Assembly: GCF_006345805.1 (NCBI RefSeq) | Contig: NC_043001.1 | Span: 45,136,001 to 45,200,000 of the forward strand | Source of the DNA: Octopus sinensis | Taxonomy: Eukaryota | Direction: 5' to 3' | Length of the DNA stretch: 64,000 nt | Shown here: piece after piece, positions 26,110 through 39,510 of the stretch | How positions within the stretch are numbered: position 1 is the stretch's first letter | Layout: the number at the start of each line of letters is the position of its first letter | Translations under genes and position numbers: made by a program | The notes under the pieces: generated by a model | What the model was told of the DNA's origin: nothing | The model's database searches: none | Seen by the model: only the letters and a program-made list of their open reading frames with translations

Positions 26110-26110
26110 T
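25997..26110. repeat. (TAA/TGA)n microsatellite, 3' flank or tail of the R4/Dong element
   Basis: Read directly from the sequence. Confidence 0.95.
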
Positions 26111-29100
26111 GTTTAATGCAGGCACAAGACCATGAATTTTGTGGTGAGAGGTGATATAAATTAAATTAACCCCTGTATTATATTGACCCTAGGAAAATGA
26201 AAAGCAAAGTGAACTCATTGGCTATTAGAAATCAAAATTTGAATGGATATAACTCAATACTTGATTTACAGATACTCCAACTGAACATCAACTGTATCAG
26301 TCTCAGAAGTATTTTGGCTAGTAACCTAATTAAAAATTCTACTAATAATGATAAATTCTAACATAGGTATAAAGCTGCAAATTTTGGAGAAGAATACAGT
26401 AATAAGTTCATCAATTTGAAGACAATGAAAAGCAGCATCGATTTTTGAAAAATGAAAAGCAAAGTTAATGCACAGAAGAATGAAAGGCAAAGTTGATCTT
26501 AGTGAGATTTGAACTCAGAATGCAAACAAATGTGACTAAGTACTATGACGTGTTTTTATTTTGTTCTATACTAATTCTTCCAGTCCACTGCTCTAGACCT
26601 AAGCTAACATTCTTTAATAAATGTACTTAGCTGACACCCAAATGGTGATGGTCACTAACAGGGTGGAGACGCTATCCAAAGACATTTATTGTGATAAATC
26701 ATAAAAATACAAGAAGTATTTTGATAACAGGAATGTATGTTGGTTTTCATCCCACTAATTCACCTGTACCAAATAATAGCGTCATTGCTTTTAGGATATT
26801 AATCATTAACACCACCATTAACATTATTATTAAGAAGGGTAATGGCCGTAAGATTAAACTGCAGGTTATGGTTCACATGACCCTAAATTTAGATCTTATT
26901 ACTGTTATTGTGCTACTTTTCCTGGGTAAGAGCCTCAACATTGCTTCATTTTGGCTGACCCAGCAGCAAAAACAGGCACCACTCACTCCCTGCTTCAGGG
27001 CCCAATGGTTAGTGGTTGGACAGGTATCCAGCTGTAACAAATAAATCCTCCTACCCATGCATGGAAAAATGAATATACGAAAGTAAAATGAAATAAAAAT
27101 CGTTATAAATATCATTAAGAACATAGTAGAGATACTAAACTGTAGAGTACCAGACAAAATGCATTGTAGTATTCAGTTTCACTCTTTGCTGCTGTGAGTT
27201 CAAATCCTGTTGTGATTGATTTTGCCTTTCACACTTCTGTGGTGGTGTGGGATAAATGGTAAAATAGTACCTGAATCAATAAACTATATATTTATCCTAC
27301 AAAAATTATCCCTGTAAAAAAGTTTTGCTTTTTCTCCACATGGGATCAATAAGTATCAGTAATACACTATGTATATACTAAACTCCGCCCCATTAAAAAT
27401 CTGTGATATTATGCCTCTCCTCTATAAATCTTTATTATTATCGTCTTTATACTGCTTCTTTGATTTAAAAAAAATTTAATTACATGCTCAAGTCAACATT
27501 TCCTGTTATTCTTCTTGATATCATAACACAAACATCAATCAATAAATTGAAGACAGTTCAATAGGTTATACATACTCTCTTGTTAAAATGTTCTTAATCT
27601 AGTCAAATGAATTTTATTATTGATATTTTTATTGCATTTATAAAGTGCAATGTGCATTGTGAGACAAACCTGCCTTTCTCAAAGTTGTAAGAGAAGTAAT
27701 GAAGTGATTTTAGCTGGAAGTATTAATTTTCTGGGAAATTACAGCTAAAATTAATAAATAGATAAAAATGAGATTTGAAGCCAATTGTGTAGCTAGGACA
27801 AATGACCATTAAATGAAACCAAATATACAACCAGTATTTATTTTATTTTACTTCAGAAAGATAAAAATCTCTTCTTGCTACTGTCTATGCACAGTATTAC
27901 TATAATCCTCACAATAACAATTGTTATGGTGATAAAGAATAGATGGCAGGTTTGTTAGAGCAATGAGTTAAATGTCCAACATCCTGCCAAACTTACCATC
28001 TATTCCTTATCACTATTCTCTATCAATAATAACGGCTATTTTTAACACTAGCACAAGTGTTTTGGAACTGGGATGGATGAAAGGTAAAGTCAACTTGGGA
28101 GGGTGAGTGAACTCAGAATGCAAAGGGACTGAAGCAAACACCACAAAGCATTTTGTCTGTCATTAACTAATTCTTGAGCAGTAGACTTAATCCATTGCTC
28201 AGTTTAACACCACCATCTGACCCTTTAGTGGAATCTACTCTGTTATAAGCATTCAAATGAAGTTGTAAGTCTCAGATTAACCCAAGAGTCAGGGTTAAAA
28301 AATAAACTTTACCTCCCATGATCTTACTGTAATATAAGTCTCCTTTATTCAAGGTCATAAATTTCTAAGAAAGACCTCTATTTTTATACATGACCAATAC
28401 CTCATTTATCATTTCTAGAAAATGAAAAGCAAACTAATTAACTGATTTAACGTTGAAGTAAACTATTCAAGCAGAAACTCATTTAAGTTTTCCTTCAAAT
28501 CTATATTGGTACTTTAATTGAAATATTTGAATGTTAAGAAAAATTTTATAAAATAGATTCAATATATCTTTATAAAATTCTGGAATATTGAATGATGTGC
28601 ATGATTGTAAATGAGAGAGCAGGTTGCTATTAAAAGCCTCAGTCAATGTATGCAAGGGAAACAATTGTACTCGTCTTGCTCAATATGTATTGTAAATAGT
28701 CTGCTTGGATGCCAAATATATATAGACAACGAATTTTCCCAAAGGTAAAAGAATACCAAGAATAATATGGAAAGAAGTGGAATGACAAGATGTTGGACAT
28801 CTCATAGATGATAGAGGACTGAAGAGATGGCTGTATGCAGCACTGCCAACCTAGCCACCCAATTCACTCAATATGAATAAAAAAAATAAAAAAATACCAA
28901 CATGCATTCTACACAACTACCATCAAATAATATAACACAACCACACAGCACATACACTATCCAACATTAAAACACATAACTCACACAACACAAATAAAAC
29001 ATTCGCTACTGAAGAAATTATCAACACTTACATTATTTATACAACACACAACAACAGATGAAAAACACTAAAGTAACCCCCCCCCAAAAAAACCCCAAAT

Positions 29101-29212
29101 AATAATAAAAAACAAGAAATAACAGATGTAGCACAGTTCTATATTTAAGAGATGAGATATTATGTACATTATTTACATTTGACGGATATTTGTCCTCATC
29201 TTGTTTGTTGTT

Positions 29213-29258
29213 AACACAATGTTTTGGCTGACATACCCACCAGCTTTCATCAGGTGTC
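29213..29258 (-). ncRNA. Degenerate type I hammerhead ribozyme, left arm
   Basis: Minus strand GACAC-CTGATGA-A-AGCTG-GTGGGTATGT-CAGCC-AAAA-CATT-GTGTT: stem I intact, but GAAA has become AAAA and CGTT has become CATT (consistent with CpG decay), so probably inactive. Confidence 0.55.
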
Positions 29259-29485
29259 TTGGGGAAATTTCGAACCTGGGTTCTCATTCCTACGGTAGTT
29301 TTCGATGTTATCATTATTATTATTATTATTATTATTCAGGTCCACTGCCTGGAATCAAACTCAGAATCTTGGGGTTAGCCACCTGCGCTCTTAACCACGG
29401 GCATATGGCGTAGTGGTTAAGAGCGCAGGATACTAAACCCAAGATTCTGAGTTCGATCCCAGGCAGTGACCTGAATAATAATAAC

Positions 29486-29517
<32 letters not shown>

Positions 29518-29571
29518 TGATAACATCGAAAATACCCTAGGAATGAGAACCCAGGTTCGAAATTTCCCCAA

Positions 29572-29616
29572 GTCACCTGATGAAGGCTGGGGGAGTATCA
29601 CCCGAAATGTTATGTT
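29572..29616 (+). ncRNA. Degenerate type I (Penelope-type, minimal) hammerhead ribozyme, right arm
   Basis: GTCAC-CTGATGA-A-GGCTG-GGGGAGTAT-CACCC-GAAA-TGTT-ATGTT: both core boxes CUGAUGA and GAAA intact; stems I, II and III carry point changes. Confidence 0.6.
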
Positions 29617-30360
29617 AACAACAAACAAGATGAGGACAAATATCTGTCAAATGTAAATAATGTACAATTCTACACCCCCAACAGACACTACTGCTCACAT
29701 GTCTCTTCAGGGACATGGTGTATACCTTGTGCTGTTTGTGATTTGATGATGATGATGATAGTAGTGGTGGTGATTATGATGATGATGATGATATAGTTTT
29801 CTCATAACAATAAAATATTGGTTTCTTTTTGGTGTGGAACAAAAGCCTTATATTTTAGATTAACTGTAAATAAGAAGTGTAACAGTCATGCATTTCCTAA
29901 AGGCAACTGAAGTAAATATAAGTAAAATTAAATGGCTTCAACTAAGAATAGAAAATACATTGGTGTCTTAGCTTGCCAAGAGAAAAATTATCCTTTACTT
30001 CAAAGTCACTCACCACTAAACACAGTTAAAATTCTCATAAATACCACAAAGGAATAAAAATCGCTTGTGCCATATTTCAGACAAATCCTTTTTATGGCTT
30101 CTTTTAATTTCAGGCAAGTCTCAGAGTCAAATATTTGATTTTTACCCTTTCACTTTAGATGAAGGGGTACACAGTTTTAGTCAAATATATACAATGATGA
30201 ATCCATGAATGTGTACACACACACAGAACTTTAAAAAAGAACCCAACAAGTAAAAACATCTACATTGAATGAGAAGAATAAAGCTTTTCTATTAACTATT
30301 TTAAAATGTCATATTTATTAACTCTGATATATGTAACTTGAGCAAAATGATATATGTAAC

Positions 30361-30427
30361 CTGGTCCCGTGGTCAGCACTATTTGGGTTATTTTGGTTAT
30401 TATACATTGCATAATTTAATTGTTGCC
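30361..30427 (-). CDS. Candidate small exon (67 nt, phase 1 to phase 2): QQLNYAMYNNQNNPNSADHGT
   Basis: Long pyrimidine tract ending in a weak AAG acceptor; donor CAG|GTTACA; N/Q-rich like the giant exon; its phases would bridge exon 46656 (phase 1) to a phase-2 acceptor. Confidence 0.3.
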
Positions 30428-32329
30428 CTTCATGTGAAAAAGAAAACCACAAAAACCAGCTATAACTAAACATATAAACAAGAAATATTATTAAAAAAAT
30501 ACAATACAAAACAAGTTAAAGGTGTTAATAAATGTTAAGAGAAGTGTGAATAATGCATAAACATGGATATCTGAATATGATTATATGTTGTAGAGAAACA
30601 AGGATTCTCAAATGTTTTGAGACAAGATTATTCTTGAAAGGAAAAAATATTTGAATTTATGGAAGTTTCGGAACTTAATTCTGCCAATGTAGACCATAAC
30701 TATTTCCCTCACACACCACTAGTTTTCTGATAACAAGACTAAAATATAACTAATCAAATAAGTTTTGACTTCTAAAGTATAATTTGACAGAACCCAAATA
30801 TTGAGGTACAGTATAGTACTAGTGGGATGTTGAAGAAAAGGAAAGAAAAAATTTTTCCTTTCCATACAAAAGATTTTATTTCCTATTGTATCATAATTAC
30901 TTAATTTTTCTAAGAGAAATAGAGCGTGTGTGTGTGCGTGGACGCGCGTTCCACATTCATTCCTGAATTCTTTAGAATTTTATTTAGAATAGGATAGTCA
31001 AGAATATATATTTAATATTGTTATTTTCTAGTAGCATGGGATTTATACTTTGACATTTGACAAGACCAGATTCAATTCAAACACTGACTATAGTTGACAA
31101 ACACAATATACACACATACACACACACACATCAGAGATAACCCAGAGGGGTGTGTGTGTAAAGTTACACAACACTGACGATGAAAGGAAAGGAAATGGAA
31201 TATGGATTTTAAGTATAATTGGTTTCACTGCTTAATCACATTACTTAAACCCAACTAAGGTCAATGAGGATAGTATGACCAGTTACCCAACATCTCTCCT
31301 CTTCCCAGAACTACATACTTTTACAACCTCCTGCTACCCATGTTTCCCTCCCAACCTCAAATCTCCAGAAGATCAAGCTAAACATATTCAACACATTCAG
31401 TATCTCTGTCTCCCAGACTTAAGAAAGAACCTTAAGTATTCCCTCTCTTCAGACTTAACAGGTAAAAAAATTCAAAAAGAAAAAAGTAAGAAAAAAATCT
31501 GCACCAGATAATCAACCGTCATCAAAATTTCAGAATTCAGTGTTTAACTGTTATGGGTTAAAGTACTTCAGAGATTGACCTTGCCTTTCATCATTAGAGT
31601 CAATAAAAATTATGTACCAGCAGTATACTGCAACCAGCTTTTCAACAAAAGCTGACTTTGTACATAAATGGAAGATATCTTTATCTGAACCTTGTATTAA
31701 ATTTTCCATATGAGGAACAGCAAGCATTAGTACAGCAGCTGAGCAACTAAAATCCTAGTCTTTGTCCAGAGTTATGATGGTCTCTTATATACATAGCTAT
31801 AATTTTCATAATCTGAAAACATCATGATGAGGAGGCTAGTTGTTAATAATGATGTCTGTTTTCTATTCAAATGATATGAACAAACTTGAATCGAATAAGC
31901 TTTTATTTGTAAGGATTATGAATTTACAGACAAGTTAACATATAACATTAAGATGGACAACTTGACAATGTAAAATTGCACCCACCGAAAACACACGCAC
32001 ACACCAGTGTAACACATATATTATAAATATATTTGAGAGAGAGAGAGAAGGAGAAAGAAAGTTTTATGTTACACTAAATACAAGACATGTTTTTCCTTCC
32101 TAGAATTGCAACCCTCAAAGACACCCTTCCTGTCTTTAAATTTACACCAACTAATAATGATGACCTGTAACACTTATCATAAACCAAATTAAACTCAACC
32201 GCCCATCCACTATGCTTCAAGAAGATTATTAATATTTTTTTGCAGTAAAAATTTGTAATACTTCAAGCTAATCTCTACTATCCATCCTATCCTTCCTATC
32301 CTACAAAACATCCTCATCAGCTTTAAAGA

Positions 32330-32700
32330 AAGCCTTAATGGCTTTCGGCATCATTCATGTCATCAGCATCAATGTTTTAGTGTCATTTCTTTTCTCATAT
32401 TAACATGCAACAGGTGGGTCTGTTGCATAGAATATCACCGATCATCTCATCTGGGAGCTAAAATGTCAAGATTTGACTTCGTCACTGCCTGATTCTTTGT
32501 TGGTTTTCCTGTGAGTACTTTCAGGCAATAGTACTTTTTCACTTAGCGCTCATATTGCCCATTCACATTATGTCCATATTCGAGCAGATGTCAGTCTTGC
32601 ACATACCAGCTCATATTTTTTGTTGTCCAAACTTCTTTTACATGAACCAAAATCCATAAACACTTCCTGATAGAATGTCGAGCATGAACTTAGACAAGGC
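32330..32700 (-). mobile_element. Possible heavily decayed piggyBac transposase fragment
   Basis: Minus-strand frame YYCLKVLTGKPTKNQAVTKSNLDILAP resembles piggyBac Y..N.QVYTGK...KNQG.RVVLDL..P; many stops and frameshifts. Confidence 0.35.
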
Positions 32701-35700
32701 ATAAGATCAATATATCTCAACAAATCAATCTCACCAGCCTGAAGAGTCTGTCAAAGTTAAAGACATTACTTGGAGTAAAACACACACACACACACACACA
32801 CACACAAGTTCTTTGGTTTGTCCTCCAAATTACAGGTCTGTTGAAGAGAGCTGATCAGAACTACTTGACAACAATAACCCTCTACTGACTGTCATAACAG
32901 ATTTAAAATGCCAGAGTTTGTTGACAAAGGAAAGCGTTTTTTTTTGGTTTTTTTTGATATTACAATCCAACAACTTTCTGTAAAAGCATCACTTTCAAAT
33001 AAACTAGTTTGCTCTTTATTTCCTAAGTACGCATAAACTAAAAAAAAAACAAAACAGAAAGTTAATAAAGCCACACCTAGAGATGCTCATTATATCAAAC
33101 AGAATGCAAATATTGTTAATAACACTTCTTAGTAGATTGAAAATGGGTCAACCATGGTGTGGAAAAAAAAATGGTTTCTAATAGGCTCAAGGTTAGTAAT
33201 TTTCAGAGGAGGAGATTAGTTGATTACATCAAGCCCTGATCTTTATTACATGGAAAAATATGAGCATGAAAAGTCATATTCTTAAGATTATGAACCTGGA
33301 AAAGTACAGGACAAGTTATTACACCTGTAAAAGTACAGGACAAACTATTACTTCCAGTCAAGAAATTGAAAGTTCATCTCTTACCATCAGCACTTATGCC
33401 ATAGTTAAGCAACTTAAATCTTAAATAGCTCAGACCATCTAACTGAAAATAAGTATTGCAGAAAAGGGATGATTCACTGCTGTAAATAGGAACAATGCTG
33501 TAAAATGTGTCAAGTGTTTTGTTAGCTTTCAGTATAGAGAGCTCAATTCATCCTATGGGCATATTTTGGAAAGGGGTGGGCTCTATCAGGCTATTTTCTT
33601 TGGTATAAGCAACTTCTTACACAGCCCTAAGTTAAAAATCATACCTTCAGCTCAAGTCATTTTAGAAGCATTCACTCTGCAGTCCTCTCTAACCACAATG
33701 TCAAAGTTGACTCAATATAATTTTAGTAAAACAGCTAGAATCATTGCCCTTGGCTTAATGTGATTTCAGTCAAGTAATTAATATTATTATCCATGGGAAA
33801 GAAACATGCACCACCACATCCCATTTGTAATCAATAATAAACTTGAAGTTTTAAATCAATTTGGCAATAGTAAGTCTTATAGAAGTATCAATGAAGACTT
33901 CAGTATCACATAGCATATTTAGAATAAGTCAGCTTAGCTGAGACTTCTCTTCAGACTTTACATACATGAGGTAAAGATTTGAACTCAGCTCTACAAACAA
34001 ATACAACACATTGATATTTTACAGTTTTCTACAGTTTGCATTGATGAATCACACCAGTCATACTAAACTGTAATAACTACTTAGTAACTGAGAACGTCTT
34101 GTTTGTTTGTGGACAGACATCAAACAGTAACGGTAAATGCAATTTGATAATTTGACAATGTACTAATTAAACCTAAGCAGCTCTACTGTGCATAAAACCA
34201 CTCATGTTATTGAGACATTAAATATAATACAAATTTTGTATTGAACTTTTTACAAAGAACAGTCATTTATATTTCATATTCCCAGTTTTTCCGTTCTAAA
34301 CACTAAAGAACAATTTGATTTCATCTTGTACATGTAGTTACCATCTTTCCTAGAGTTGTAAACCAATTTATGTAATGACAAAAGTATGAATTTACTTGGT
34401 GAAGATCAGTATTTTATTGGGTCAAGTGTTATTGATCCAGGATCAACGTAGGAGAAAATCAATTTAAAGGAGTTCAGAAAAACAGTAAGGTATGCAAGTC
34501 ATCATCATCATTGTCGTTATCAACATTATTGTTTCACAGGATATTCTTCTAGTGAGCTGGTAGGGGGTTGGATGGCTCACCATTTTTATGACAATATGTG
34601 GATTATATCCTGAGGCCTAACACTTTAAATTTTGACCATCATTTCTGATGTCTCTTCTTTGTATTGGCCATCTTCTCTACATTAGTTATTCATATTTTTT
34701 AAGGAATCATTTCTCAAGCTCTTATGTACCAACTACAAAACATTCCATCAGCTTACATTTCATTTTTTCATTAATAATAACTTATTACTTAAACATATTC
34801 CAAAAATAAGCTCAGTATTCTAAAAAGAATGCTACTAATATTTCACTATCCTTTTTGATTATTATATAAGCGAAAACACAACCAGTCTATTCTTGTTAGA
34901 AATATGATATAGAAATAAACACATAACTGCTCTCACTGCATGTAATTATAATGATCTGTGCATATAGAATACTGTTCCATAGCTTCTCACAGTCAGTGAT
35001 GAGGATAAAAAAGGAAAATAGACACACAATACATATGCAGAAAGAGTTTCTCAAGTATCCTATGAAATCATTTACAGAACACACTTGTAGTTAGTTTACA
35101 CATTGTAAAATCAGTTTCTATTATGGTTTATACATTTTTTCTCCATGCAAATGATGAAATAAGTGAATATCCTTCCTATTAAATGTGGAAGATAAAATTT
35201 TCATTTTGAAAAGGTTACTGTCCTAGTGCTCATGTTTATAATAAAGCATAAAGTGTTTGCTAGCAAGGAGGGCACTCAGTTAGCATTGTATTGCTGTCCA
35301 GCCAAATTTAGGGTGGCTGAAAGGGGGAAATGCATGTAAAGTTAATGACAAGAGAGTATTAATAATGCAAACAGCTGAAGTAAAACCACATTTTAAGAAA
35401 TAAATATATTACTTTTCTTCAGACTTTACCTATATAATTAGTATAATCATATATATTAATGGAACCCTAAATTCTTATCTCCCTCTGTAATTGGAAGATG
35501 ATACTGGATTGTATCAAAGGTTCACTTTACTAATATTTTACCAAGTCTCCCCAGTGTCCAAGTATGGTATGAAAAAAAAAAATTAAATAAATGCACAGAA
35601 AAACAAAAGCAAAAAACAAAACCAGCAATGTTGTACTTATAAGGAAAGAACTAGAATCTTGAAAAAATTATGATGGTCTCTCTGTTGGCAAAAATTTTCT

Positions 35701-36766
35701 AAGGGTCTATATCAAGCCTAAAATGTTGGATCTTATTTTTTATATATCTTATTTTACAAAGTTAGTAAATTCAGTATAAAAAGTAATAAAATAAAAATAA
35801 GTATAAACAAACAGAAAAGAGTAAAAAACAAACCAATATCAAATCAACAAACATGCCTCTCTCTGTGTATGTTGACATAATGATTCAATCACTAATATTT
35901 GGTAAGTTAGAAAGAGAATGTACCTTCACTGAAGATAACCCTTGTGTCTGGAGTTATCTTGATGAACTTGTCAGAGTGGAAACAATATAGGTCACCAAGA
36001 AATAGGTTTTTTTTTTTTTTACACTAATTTAAAAAAAAAACTTATATCATGATTTTGTTTAGGTTTTTGGAAGTCCTAGATACTAAATACTCTTTCACCT
36101 ATGTTATAATTAAGAGGAGAAATCTGAAGCAGAACTGTCCCATACTCTCTAATACAGACCAGGTTAATATATATCTTCTCATATCACAGCCAGACTTAGG
36201 CAGGCAAGGAGGGAGCAAGTCATCTCAGTTTAATGATTTATGATACTTACTACTTCCAGTGTCATATATGACTAGGTAAAGGGGATTGTCCTTTTTCTAT
36301 TTTTCTTTTTGACGGAAGTACCCAAAATCTATTGTAATACCAATCTCTTTAATAAAGAGAACATTCCACAGTGTGGTAATAAGGGGGCTAGTAGTGGGGA
36401 TGGTATAATTTTATTTCATTCTCCAATTCCCTAGATAAATATAAGGCTTTTGTTTGAGACTAATGCCTTCCCCCACTTACCATCCATCCCCCACCCCACC
36501 CACAGTGGACTGACCAAGAGCTTTGATATGGTTGACACCTCTCTCATCACAAATGCCAATTGTTTTTAATAATGAAAGTACTATTGTAGACAAAAGGGAT
36601 CTCCTTATCTAGCTTTATGTGCCCTATGGCAGCAGCCACAACTATAGCAGTTGCACTATCATCACCAATTCATATTCAGCTAATTCATCTTCATCACCAT
36701 AACTACCATGATTACAACCTGTTCATCAAATAAAGCACTTTTATACTCTATCTACCATGCTAGAAG

Positions 36767-36768
<2 letters not shown>

Positions 36769-36840
<72 letters not shown>

Positions 36841-36940
36841 CACACATATATATATATACACACACACACACATATACATACATACACACACATATATATA
36901 TACATACACACACACACACATATGTGTGTGTGTGTGTGTA
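36769..36940. repeat. Compound microsatellite (TC)n-(TA)n-(CA/TA)n-(TG)n
   Basis: Read directly; one of dozens of (TA)n, (CA)n, (TG)n, (GA)n and (ATT)n tracts across the window. Confidence 0.95.
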
Positions 36941-37211
36941 TTAGAGTACCACACTAGCACACTAATACTACTACTACTACCAAAATATGTATGTGTGTAT
37001 CTATAAACACACACACACAAAAAGAAAATAAAAGAACATAATTAATATAAACATAGTTGCAAGCATGGCTGTGCAGTTGAGAATTTCACTTCTTAACCAT
37101 GTTGTTTCAGGTTCAATACCACGGCATAGCACACTGAGCAACTGCTTTTTACTACAATGTCAGGTTAAGCAAATACTTTACGAATGTAATTTGGTACATG
37201 ATGGTAACTGC

Positions 37212-37257
<46 letters not shown>

Positions 37258-37775
37258 GTGTGTGTCTGTCCGTCCTTTATGGGTTTACATTTTACATCAA
37301 TCAAAATGAAATCAGTGTTATTTCTCACATCCTCTTAATGATTTCAAAAATAGATAATGATAAAATAAATACCAAACTGAATTAAGTATTAGGGTTAGTA
37401 TGATTAACAAAAAAACAGCTCAATGACTGAAACCTGTAAAGCACATGAAGACAGTGCTCCAGCATGGCCATCGGCATGATCACTAAAACAAACTAAAAAT
37501 TTTAAATACTTAAAACACACACACACACACACACATATATATAACACTACTCTAAATAAATAGCAAGTGATCATTTATTTTATCTTTCTTCCTGCTTCAA
37601 AACAGTTCTATACAATATCAGTTTCAATATAATCCTTTGATGTGTTATCAGTTTAGTAATTTATAGTGATGTTGCACCAGCCATATAAGCTGGAACACTC
37701 CCAGACACCATAAACTATCTCCTCCACAGTCTCACAATCCAGTCTGTTAAGCACTGTCTCAGAGATTTATTATTG

Positions 37776-37813
<38 letters not shown>

Positions 37814-39136
37814 AAATAGTTAGAAATATTGCTGTCACAGAGAGAAATATTGCTGTCACCTAGTCTTGCCAAGCAACTTCATCTCTTTGAATGGAGTCAC
37901 AGGAGATGGAATCCCCCAAGTCTACCAACAGCTGATTTGATCCAGAAAGAGAAGCAGACAAACAGACAGAAAGTAAAGTAGAGGAAAGAGAACTGATTTG
38001 AGCACAGGACTAGTAATTTATCAAGCCCAAAAGGATGGAGTGAGGCAGGTTTAAACCAGTCTTCTTAACCATGGCAAACCACAGAGAGGTCAAGTAAATC
38101 ACTATATTTACCTATTCTCTTTGTAACAACACTATTTTAAGGCTACTTTTTCTATAAAAATCTTTTTTCTACCCAAAAGAGAATTGAAAACCTTATTCTC
38201 ATTTGAAACATTAGAATTTCCATCTCATCTTTTTTACTCTTGAAGGAAGTGATTTTTGATGATAGAGACCATTCCAAGGCTCCTTCGATTCTAATATTTA
38301 ATTATCAGTAGAGTTTAGTAAATGACCAATTAGTTTATTAACTAGATAATTTATTTGATATTTTCCTCTGAAAAGAAGTTGCAGGTCTTTGAAGTGGAAT
38401 TGTTCCATTGAGAAAGAAAACCAAGCCAGGTCACAGATGTATCTGAGTAAGAATTTCACACACACCCATTGTCCAACATATTCATGGAAACTTCAAAACA
38501 TAACAGCTAAGAACTGTTCTTCTTCAAACACATTCTAATATTAAAATTCTACATGCTTCTCTTGTCCATAATCCTTGAGTGAAACAAAACAATATGCTAT
38601 TTACTTGATTAATGATGAGAGAGATTCTAAGTCTGCACTAACTAGTTCGTTGATAGAAGACACATGGCAGTACATACAAAGCTGAATGTTTCTAAGTATA
38701 AACTTTCATCGTTTACAACAAACAGTATCTACAAGAGTTTTAAGTTAGTTAGGTTACATCTGGCCTGAATCACTGACAAAATGCAATATATAGTAGTTGT
38801 TAACTATTCAGAATTATTTATACCCACTTGATTCAATTACAACCTTAAATATCATGAATCCGCTTGATTTACCTATTCCAGCTGAAACAACAACAATACT
38901 ATTTTCACTTTCAACAAGATTCACTTTAACCTAAACTCAAATTTAAGTAAGCATTTTCCTCTCAAAGTAGTTTGCAACTGAGCAACTATATATGCATATA
39001 CATGCATATGTGTAAATGTATGTGTATCATATGTGCTTGTGTAAATATACTCATGCATACACATATTTATGCACACTAGTGCCTGCATCCATTTATATAT
39101 GTATACAAGTAAATATATATGTGTTAATATCTGTGA

Positions 39137-39510
<374 letters not shown>

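Larger units (their letters stand above)
29163..29666. mobile_element. ~500 bp palindromic element: two head-to-head copies of [tRNA-like head - (AAT)n - hammerhead-bearing Penelope-type tail]
   Basis: 29163-29400 is the reverse complement of ~29407-29666 (e.g. TGTACATTATTTACATTTGAC vs GTCAAATGTAAATAATGTACA). A-box TAGTGGTTAAG and B-box GAGTTCGATCCC face outward from the centre. Confidence 0.85.

Noticed and set aside
29337-29470. tRNA genes at the palindrome centre and at SINE 5' ends
   Set aside because: A/B boxes are present but I could not fold a full cloverleaf with an acceptor stem, and there is no downstream T-run; treated as tRNA-derived heads.
37822-37859. Short tandem duplications (AGAAATATTGCTGTCAC x2; also ~33300-33355, ~3175-3200)
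   Set aside because: Ordinary slippage duplications with no further structure.
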